Shown here piece by piece: positions 56,759 to 64,000 of a stretch of 64,000 nucleotides of DNA (the first letter of the stretch is position 1; the number at the start of each line of letters is the position of its first letter). This DNA comes from Vampirovibrionales bacterium. Its GTDB lineage: Bacteria; Cyanobacteriota; Vampirovibrionia; Vampirovibrionales; Vampirovibrionaceae. The notes below the pieces were generated by a model. It saw only the letters and a list, made by a program, of their open reading frames with translations. It did no database searches and was not told the origin of the DNA. The position numbers and the translations under genes were made by a program. Location: assembly GCA_035285165.1 (NCBI GenBank), contig JAYKHP010000018.1, forward strand, positions 81,486-145,485, read 5' to 3'.

Positions 56759-57391
56759 TTAGGCGGCTTCGCCGCTGAAGGGATTCGCCAGCGGCAATCT
56801 TCGCTGGCTAATCGGCGGTAAATTCAACTTCGGCTTGTGTCCGTTTCTACCGAGCCGGACAACATACCTCACAACTTCAGGTGGCAGGCCCAGATTATGA
56901 AGGGCATCTTCAAGCAAAACCACATGTCTGCATATAACAGGCACCGTAAATGTACTTTCGGGAGCTAGCAACGCTGCCTGATTACCATCCAGAACCCTGG
57001 GGTTAACGGTAGGTCTAACAAAACCGTGGACAAACGCCAGCTTGTCGCCAATCAAGGCACCATTAGGTAAAAGATCCGCCCCCATCGCGCTTAACACCCT
57101 CCTGGCAACGTCGTCTGGCGCTTTGGGCGAAACATTTTCCAGCAATCCGGCAAGGGCTTGAGCCAGGCGTTCCACGTAAACCGAGGGGGGTTGACGCACA
57201 GCATTGCTAATTACTCGCTTAACTTCGGGTGTTAAGAGAAGATCGTGAACGTCCAGGGTTCTATGATCGCCCAGGGGAATTTTTAACATGTCGCTGTGAA
57301 CGCGCAAAGTCTGCAAAGAGGGATGGTAATGTACTCGTATGCCGTTAACTGCTTGACGAAACGCATGTATTGCCGGGCTGTTTACCCGCAT
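56759..57391 (-). CDS. hypothetical protein (210 aa)
   Basis: ATG ORF between clpP and tig. No family recognised. Confidence 0.45.
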   Translation of the reverse strand: MRVNSPAIHAFRQAVNGIRVHYHPSLQTLRVHSDMLKIPLGDHRTLDVHDLLLTPEVKRVISNAVRQPPSVYVERLAQALAGLLENVSPKAPDDVARRVLSAMGADLLPNGALIGDKLAFVHGFVRPTVNPRVLDGNQAALLAPESTFTVPVICRHVVLLEDALHNLGLPPEVVRYVVRLGRNGHKPKLNLPPISQRRLPLANPFSGEAA

Positions 57392-57636
57392 GGAGATTAC
57401 TCCCTAAATTTTCTTATATTAATAAAAACAGGTATGAATATCAACCCACGAGACACTTGTAGTGCTTATGATAAAACAGGCAGCTTATGATTCTTGCCCG
57501 GACAGTCGCCTTGCTTTTACGAATTAACCCCCAACCTGAATATGCAGAGGCGGGGGTTAATTAAAGTTGGCAGGAGGTGGAAGGAGATTCGGTTCAAGCC
57601 ACGTCTACGCTTCCGCTTCCTTTGTGTTCGTAACGT

Positions 57637-59076
57637 CTACGCTTCCGCTTCGACGATATCAAACTTCTCGCCTTCGATGGCTTCGGCTACAGCGTTTTCA
57701 GGCTTGCTGCCTTCCGCTTTATCATCGCCTTTGGCGGATTTTTGATCAGGCCTTTTGACCTCAGTACCTTCCGGGGGCTCGGGCACGAAGTTGAACTCGG
57801 CACGCGCCGTCAGGAACTCGACGATCTTCTGGCTGAGCAGTTGATCCGACAATGCCTGGGCTGCCTCAAAGTTGTTCCCGAGGTGACGCATAATATTTTT
57901 CTCGTCAACCCCACGCATCGCCGCAAGTTCACGCACCTGCTCGCTGAATTCGTTTTCTTCAACGCGAATGCCTTCCTGCTTGGCCAGCGTGCCAAAAACC
58001 AGGCTGGTCTTGATTCGCTTTGTTGCTTCTTCGCGCAGGTTAGACATCGTGGCATCAGCACCTTGCGACTCGAGGAATTTTTCCCATGACAGTCCCTGCG
58101 ATTTTACCCGCTGCTTGATGTCTTCCACCAGCAGGCGGGTTTCACGCGCCACCATCGGCTCGGGGATTTCCACTTCAGCGTTGTCCACCAGATAATCCAC
58201 CACCGCTTTTTGCTTGCGATAGTTGTTTTCCTGATCGACTGATTCCTTCAGCATCGTGCGGACGTCTTCTTTAAGCGCCTCAAGATTTTCGTACGGGCCG
58301 ACTTTCTTAGCCAACTCGTCATTAAGCTCAGGCGTCACCTTCTGGCTGATTTCGTTGATCTTGATCTTGAACTCAGCCGGTTTTCCAGCCAAAGCGGCAT
58401 CATGATAATTTTCGGGAAAAGAGACGTTAATGGAAAATTCTTCGCTGAGCTTATGGCCAATCAACTGTTCGGCAAAGCCTTCAATAAAGTTGTTGTTCGA
58501 CAAATCCAGCTTGTAGTTTTTGGCGGCGCCACCGCGAATCAGCTCGCCATTAGCGTAGCCGGTAAAATCGATGCTGACGATATCATCTTTCTGGGTCGGC
58601 CTGTCAATCACGGGCTCGAGGGAAGAAAGGCGCTCGACAATGGTTTGAAGCTCTTTGGCTTCGGCATCGTCGGGATTCTTGTATTCGGGCACATCCACTT
58701 TGATGTTAGCCAGTTCAGGCAGCTTGGCTTCCGGGCGAAGTTCAACGCTTGCCAAAATGCGGATGCCGTCGTTGAGTTCAAATTTAAAAGACTCGATTTG
58801 CGGTGGAGCCACGATATCCAGTTGATGTTCGCTGATGGCGTCGGCGAAAACATGCGGCAGCAGCCTGTCCAGCGCTTCCTGTTTAATGCGCTCGATGCCA
58901 ACCGTTTTTTCCACCATGCCGCGCGGGGCCTTGCCACGGCGGAAGCCGGGAATGTTCAACCGCTGACCAAGACGGCGCCATGCTTTGTTGTACTCCTGGC
59001 TGGCTTGCTCCGGCGGAATTTCCAGATTGATTTTCGCCGTCAGTTTATCCTGTTTTTCAACTTCGACTTTCATCAC
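57637..59076 (-). CDS. tig: trigger factor
   Basis: The N-terminus 'MKVEVEKQDKLTAKINLEIPPE...GFRRGKAPRGMVEK' is the ribosome-binding signature region GFRxGxxP. The FKBP-like middle domain and an acidic C-terminal tail are present. The start is a GTG (59076) or an ATG (59073). Confidence 0.9.
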   Translation of the reverse strand: MMKVEVEKQDKLTAKINLEIPPEQASQEYNKAWRRLGQRLNIPGFRRGKAPRGMVEKTVGIERIKQEALDRLLPHVFADAISEHQLDIVAPPQIESFKFELNDGIRILASVELRPEAKLPELANIKVDVPEYKNPDDAEAKELQTIVERLSSLEPVIDRPTQKDDIVSIDFTGYANGELIRGGAAKNYKLDLSNNNFIEGFAEQLIGHKLSEEFSINVSFPENYHDAALAGKPAEFKIKINEISQKVTPELNDELAKKVGPYENLEALKEDVRTMLKESVDQENNYRKQKAVVDYLVDNAEVEIPEPMVARETRLLVEDIKQRVKSQGLSWEKFLESQGADATMSNLREEATKRIKTSLVFGTLAKQEGIRVEENEFSEQVRELAAMRGVDEKNIMRHLGNNFEAAQALSDQLLSQKIVEFLTARAEFNFVPEPPEGTEVKRPDQKSAKGDDKAEGSKPENAVAEAIEGEKFDIVEAEA

Positions 59077-59257
59077 GTGGTCAAAACCTCTTCTAAATCA
59101 AATCTTATTATTGCCCTGTCCTGAACATCGCAAGGAACGCTGGCAATGGAGCCATAATCAAACCACAAAAACCGGACAAAAGGGGCGCTTTGATACGAAT
59201 ACCCCCTCTAAAGTAAAGATTTGCAAATGAGTAATCGTCTTTAATTTGAAGCATTCG

Positions 59258-59284
59258 TGTCATTCCCGCTTTCGCGGGAATCTC
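59258..59284. repeat. dRS3/REP-like palindromic repeat copy
   Basis: 'GTCATTCCCGCTTTCGCGGGAATCTCC' has the same termini as the 5421..5448 copy. It lies between tig and tRNA-Gly. Confidence 0.55.
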
Positions 59285-59430
59285 CCCAATCGGAAACAAA
59301 AAAGACAAGCCATTGGAGCGCTTGTCTTCTCTAAAAGCCGCCTCAAACCGGAGCAGGAGACGAAAAGTTTTGTTCTGATTCCTTCTCGCCCCGTCTCCCT
59401 GATTTTAGCCCAGGGAGGCTGGCTTAAAAA

Positions 59431-59505
59431 TGGAGCGGGAGACGAGGCTCGAACTCGCGACATCTTCCTTGGCAAGGAAGCATTCTACCACTGAATTACT
59501 CCCGC
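59431..59505 (-). tRNA. tRNA-Gly (anticodon GCC)
   Basis: The reverse complement reads 'GCGGGAGTAATTCAGTGGTAGAATGCTTCCTTGCCAAGGAAGATGTCGCGAGTTCGAGCCTCGTCTCCCGCTCCA'. It has a 7-bp acceptor stem, a T-loop GTTCGAG, the anticodon loop cTTGCCAAg, and an encoded CCA. Confidence 0.85.
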
Positions 59506-59633
59506 ATTCGCGACGATTATAGTGCGCAAGTGCCTGACAGCACTCGCCCGACCCGATTGCGTAAATATTAGTTTATCGAAAAAATAATTCGGCGCAAGGA
59601 TATTATTCTCAAAATAATGTCTTAAAAAAATTC

Positions 59634-60686
59634 CTAAACCGAGATCAATTCCATCTTGGCTTCGGCCTCTTCCAGCACCTTCACCACCTTATAGCCGTTC
59701 ATGCCGTCGGTTTTGGGCGGCTTGCCGTAGCGGATGCAATTGATGAAATGCTGGCATTCCAGTTTTAAGGGTTCAATGGAAAGATATTCGGGAAACTCCT
59801 CAACCCGCTGCAACTCATCGCTTTTGCTGAACACATGCAGCTTGTTCGTCCCCTGCGTGTCATCAATCAGCGCCGTTCCTTCCGTTCCACGCACCACCAG
59901 CTTCACCTGCTTGATGGGGTGCACCCAGCTAATATGAATATGCCCGCCAATTTCATGCGGGTAAACCAAATCAATGTGCGCATCATCCACCAGACCGTCA
60001 TCGCGGTTACGATACCCCACCGCCGAAACGATTTCATCCGGCTCATCGCCAATGATATAGGACATCATGGAAATATCATGCGGCGCCAAGTCCCATAATA
60101 CGCTCTTGTCGGGCCGCAGCTCGTTGGTGTTCAGCCTGTCGCTCTGAACGTTCTTAAGCTGGCCCAGCACCCCCTCGGCAATCAGTTGCTTCAGGCGGTT
60201 AACGGCAGGATGATAAAGCAGCAAATGGCCTACCATCAGCGTCAACCCTTTTTCCTGGGCTAGCGTAAACAGTTCCAGCGTATGCTGCGTGTTGGTGGCA
60301 ATGGGTTTTTCCACATACACATGTTTTCCGGCGTCCAACGCCTGCTTGGCCAAAGGATAATGCGTATGACTGGGAGTGGATATCACCACCGCGGTAATCT
60401 CCGGGTTATCCAGAATTTTCTGGTAATCGCTCAAGAGATAGATATTCTTGTACTGGCTTTTAATGGCCTCCAGGCGCTCACGGCTCATATCGCAAATGGC
60501 GTGAAGAAAGCCCAGGTTGTAAAAATTTCGCGCCAAGTTCTTGCCCCAGTTGCCGCAGCCAATGACGGCCACTTTCTCGGGCGGCATCGGGCGACCATCG
60601 TCGTGTGCGGGGTGAACGGGCGTCCACTCCTCGATCTGGTTCAACTGCTCGTGCAGGTTGTCAAAAGAATCGGGCGAAAATGTCAT
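59634..60686 (-). CDS. Gfo/Idh/MocA-family NAD(P)-dependent oxidoreductase
   Basis: 'KVAVIGCGNWGKNLARNF' is a Rossmann motif. The layout is the typical Gfo/Idh/MocA N- plus C-domain arrangement, 350 aa. Confidence 0.8.
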   Translation of the reverse strand: MTFSPDSFDNLHEQLNQIEEWTPVHPAHDDGRPMPPEKVAVIGCGNWGKNLARNFYNLGFLHAICDMSRERLEAIKSQYKNIYLLSDYQKILDNPEITAVVISTPSHTHYPLAKQALDAGKHVYVEKPIATNTQHTLELFTLAQEKGLTLMVGHLLLYHPAVNRLKQLIAEGVLGQLKNVQSDRLNTNELRPDKSVLWDLAPHDISMMSYIIGDEPDEIVSAVGYRNRDDGLVDDAHIDLVYPHEIGGHIHISWVHPIKQVKLVVRGTEGTALIDDTQGTNKLHVFSKSDELQRVEEFPEYLSIEPLKLECQHFINCIRYGKPPKTDGMNGYKVVKVLEEAEAKMELISV

Positions 60687-60760
60687 TTCCTAGTTATAAC
60701 CCAACAGCGGATCAATGCCTAGTCTTGGGCATAGCCTGGGCCTAGCCTGGTGCTTTGTTC

Positions 60761-61192
60761 TCAGGCCAGGCGGTTCAAAAAGCCAGCCATACGGGCAGCG
60801 CTTAGTCTGGAAGCCGCAGGATTGGCGAAATGTCTGCCAAGAGAGTTGTTCAGGTAAGTCCAGACCGGATTAGGGTTTTCCGGAATCGCGGGCTTGCCAT
60901 GCTTAAAATTCTCGGGCCCCCGTTGCCTGGGCAATCCGTACAGCAGAAAAATCAGCGTCCCGACCATCGTAGCCGTCAGGGCAAGCCACACCGCTTTAAT
61001 CCCTGCTGGATATTCTTTAAAGGGATGAAGATGATCCTGGGACTGATCCTGCCCTTGATTCCTCTGCGTTCTGGCGGCAGGATGGGTATGGTGATATACC
61101 GGATAAGCAGGCATCTGCTGCCCCGTTACGGCAGGAGCATAAAGAGAGCTTGTCATGGGATGTGAAATAACGTTTGGCGATGACAGGCTCAT
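60761..61192 (-). CDS. hypothetical small membrane protein with Pro/His-rich N-terminus
   Basis: ATG ORF with one TM ('AVWLALTATMVGTLIFLLYGL'). Confidence 0.4.
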   Translation of the reverse strand: MSLSSPNVISHPMTSSLYAPAVTGQQMPAYPVYHHTHPAARTQRNQGQDQSQDHLHPFKEYPAGIKAVWLALTATMVGTLIFLLYGLPRQRGPENFKHGKPAIPENPNPVWTYLNNSLGRHFANPAASRLSAARMAGFLNRLA

Positions 61193-61336
61193 CAGTGCCT
61201 CCCTAAAAACAACAGGCCAACAGTGGCCGTCTTTTCATAAGCAACCTATACTAATGATTATAGAGCATCCCTTCATTTGTTTTTCCCTCCCAACAGTTTT
61301 TTACCATCCAAAAAGAAATTAAATGGCTTTTCTTCC

Positions 61337-62521
61337 ATGAAACTCACACGCCAAACCGCCTCACAGCCAAGGCGCGACGCCTGGGTCGAAATCAACCTAG
61401 ACGCCATTGAGCAAAACACCCGAAAAATAAAGTCGCTGATTGGCCCGGACAAAAAACTGATGGCCATTCTTAAAGCCGATGCTTACGGCCACGGGGCCGT
61501 CATGTGCCTTCCGACGCTTGAAGCTTCCGGCGTTTCGATGGTCGGTGTCGCCTCAGTGGACGAGGCCCTGCAAATTCGCCAGGCGGGAATCGAGCTTCCC
61601 ATACTGGTTATCGGTATGGTGCCTGACTGGTCAATGCGAATGGCAGCGGAGCGGGATATTCAGATTACGGTGTTTGATCGCGAACGCCTTGAGGTCTTGA
61701 AATGGATATATCAGGAAAGCGGCCAGCCGGTGAAAGTCCAGGTCAAGGTGGATACCGGCATGCACCGTATCGGCGTGGACTGGCGAGAGGCCGCCGACTT
61801 TATCCGCTTTTGCCAGGATGCCCCCTACGTTTCCCTTCAAGGCGTTTTCAGCCATTTAGCGGCAACATCCGATGCGGACACCACGCACCTGCAACTGGAG
61901 CGCTGGCATACGGTTCTCAAGCAAATTGAGCCCGACCTGCCAGGCGATATTCATATCGCCAACTCGGCGGGCACCCTTCATTATCCAGAGGCGCAGGGCA
62001 ACATGGTTCGCGTGGGAATGGCGTTTTTTGGCTATGACGACCTGCTGGCGGCCAAAGCCCAAAACAACCCCCTTAAGCCCGCCATGAGCGTCAAGGCCAG
62101 AATTATCCACTTGCAGGAAGTGCCCGAGGGGGACGGTATTTCCTATGGGCCAAGCTTTCGCGTCTCGGCAGGAAAGCCCTTGCGCATCGCGACATTGCCA
62201 CTGGGCTATGCCGACGGCGTTCCCCGTCGCCTGTCCAACCGGATTTCCGGCCTGCTTCGCGGTCACACGATTCGCCAGGTCGGCACCATCACGATGGATC
62301 AGATGATGTTTGATGTTTCAGACCTACCCGAAGACGCACCAGCCACCATCGGTGAAACCATCACGCTGATCGGCTCGGAATTTTCTGATACAACCGGAGC
62401 GGAACAAACCCAGCCACGACAGATCATCACGCTGTCAGACTGGGCGCAAAAAGCCGATACTATTGAATACGAGCTGATGTGCCAGCTCCGTATCCGCCTA
62501 CCCAAAACTTACACCCGATAA
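61337..62521 (+). CDS. alr: alanine racemase
   Basis: 'AILKADAYGHGA' is the PLP-Lys motif. The ORF is a full-length racemase. The track ORF begins at 61277, and the ATG at 61337 ('MKLTRQTA') is the likelier start. Confidence 0.85.
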   Translation: MKLTRQTASQPRRDAWVEINLDAIEQNTRKIKSLIGPDKKLMAILKADAYGHGAVMCLPTLEASGVSMVGVASVDEALQIRQAGIELPILVIGMVPDWSMRMAAERDIQITVFDRERLEVLKWIYQESGQPVKVQVKVDTGMHRIGVDWREAADFIRFCQDAPYVSLQGVFSHLAATSDADTTHLQLERWHTVLKQIEPDLPGDIHIANSAGTLHYPEAQGNMVRVGMAFFGYDDLLAAKAQNNPLKPAMSVKARIIHLQEVPEGDGISYGPSFRVSAGKPLRIATLPLGYADGVPRRLSNRISGLLRGHTIRQVGTITMDQMMFDVSDLPEDAPATIGETITLIGSEFSDTTGAEQTQPRQIITLSDWAQKADTIEYELMCQLRIRLPKTYTR

Positions 62522-62538
62522 TAAGCAAAACTAAAAAG

Positions 62539-62931
62539 TCAGTCTGAGCTTAAATCATTCGAGGCTGAGGCGCTGGGGGCCTTCAGCGTATCTTGCCGCT
62601 GGGGCAACGCTTTTTCTTCATCCAGCAATTGCCGGGTTTCATTGAAAAAATTCAATTCATCGAAGGCCGCATCCTCCGACGAGCTTGTGTGGAATTCAAT
62701 TTCCATCGTCGGCTTCAGCAACACTTTCAAGGCAACCGCCAGAATAATCCACAGCAGAATGCCTTGTCCAAAATGAATGGCGGGGCCATGAAAACCTTCA
62801 AAGACCAAGGCGTTCCAAGTCACCATTAACGCCAATGCGGGCAACATGGCAATGGCGAGCAATACGGCCAAGATAACCGTAATAAAGAGCGCAAGCCCTG
62901 ATAACCCTTTGATATGAAATTCCTGGTTCAT
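62539..62931 (-). CDS. hypothetical two-TM membrane protein (130 aa)
   Basis: ATG ORF with two clear TM helices and an acidic C-terminus. Confidence 0.45.
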   Translation of the reverse strand: MNQEFHIKGLSGLALFITVILAVLLAIAMLPALALMVTWNALVFEGFHGPAIHFGQGILLWIILAVALKVLLKPTMEIEFHTSSSEDAAFDELNFFNETRQLLDEEKALPQRQDTLKAPSASASNDLSSD

Positions 62932-63388
62932 AGTTAAAAACCCTTTGTTCGCTTTTGAAAGAAGCCGCCTCGCATTCGATTTTCAAGAGGGGGAAGTTCC
63001 GACATCGGCTGAAAAACTAAAAACCTTAAAGAAAGAGCAATAATTTAAAAAATTAATATTAAAAGTATATATTATTGATAGTAGTCATCTTAGCATATGC
63101 CACAAACAATGGCTGTTGATACTAGCCTGGAGAATGATTCACAACGACTGCCGTAATCGTTAAAACGAACGTTTTATTAGGATTATCGTTCATATGGAAG
63201 GGCTAAAGACTTAGCCAAAGGCCTTTTCGGTGTTTTTATCACACCCTCGGCGCTACAAATGGCAGTTAACGGCTCGGGAATATATTTACAAATCACATAC
63301 ACACTGCAGATGTTAAACGGCAAAGCCGTGAGTTGTGTATCTATATGAATTACCCAATTTGCTAATGCACTAAAAGCTGATTTAATTA

Positions 63389-63446
63389 AGCGCTGAAGGC
63401 TTTTTTAAACGCTAAAGGCTCTTTTTATTGCGCTGAAGGCTCTCTG
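63389..63446. repeat. three 20-bp-period direct repeats (GCGCTGAAGGCTYTYT)
   Basis: 63389 reads 'AGCGCTGAAGGCTTTTTT'. 63409 reads 'ACGCTAAAGGCTCTTTTT'. 63429 reads 'TGCGCTGAAGGCTCTCTG'. All lie immediately 3' of the ligA stop. Confidence 0.4.
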
Positions 63447-63462
63447 GAAAAACGTGCTTTAT

Positions 63463-64000
<538 letters not shown>

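Noticed and set aside
61277-61336. The 20-aa N-terminal extension of alanine racemase as given by the ORF track (MFFPPNSFLPSKKKLNGFSS)
   Set aside because: The extension runs through the AT-rich promoter region. The ATG at 61337 (MKLTRQTA...) gives a normal-length Alr, so the extension is probably not translated.

Overview
This 64 kb window is a chromosomal region from a moderately GC-rich (~55%) bacterium. About half of it encodes recognisable housekeeping genes. The other half encodes lineage-specific orphan proteins, many with low-complexity Q/A/P/G-rich stretches or one to three hydrophobic segments.

Recognisable genes:
- truB
- a eukaryotic-type IMP dehydrogenase (guaB)
- aspartate ammonia-lyase
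- a methylenetetrahydrofolate-reductase-family gene and gatA
- RNase HIII
- an OmpR-family response regulator very similar to cyanobacterial RpaB/plastid Ycf27
- an acyl-CoA desaturase and a DoxX protein
- an HTH plus metallo-beta-lactamase fusion
- a HIBADH-like dehydrogenase and a PIG-L/LmbE deacetylase
- hemB and rdgB
- two prepilin-type pseudopilins
- an aldehyde dehydrogenase and a c-type cytochrome lipoprotein
- a split transketolase (two ORFs)
- a WecB/TagA glycosyltransferase
- clpX, clpP, clpP and tig in tandem
- tRNA-Gly(GCC)
- a Gfo/Idh/MocA oxidoreductase, alr and the 3' end of ligA

Non-coding signals found by eye:
- A candidate cobalamin (B12) riboswitch aptamer with a near-consensus sigma70 promoter, upstream of an orphan 516-aa membrane protein.
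- A family of dRS3-like palindromic repeats (ATTCCC-N8-GGGAAT core) with at least four copies, including an inverted pair forming a ~117-bp MITE-like element.
- A promoter-like 20-mer present twice.
- A promoter-to-terminator cassette (candidate attenuator or sRNA) upstream of the LmbE-like gene.
- Several operator-like palindromes and direct repeats.

A two-gene module (an RWYD-motif cytoplasmic protein plus a secreted CxGxxC protein) occurs twice in the window.

Taxonomy cannot be fixed from sequence alone. Cyanobacterial-type signatures (RpaB-like regulator, desaturase, scattered gat genes) and a eukaryote-like IMPDH, together with the effector-like orphan proteins, suggest a host-associated or predatory lineage outside the well-studied phyla. 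This is inference only.

All coordinates derived by hand may be off by 1-2 nt.
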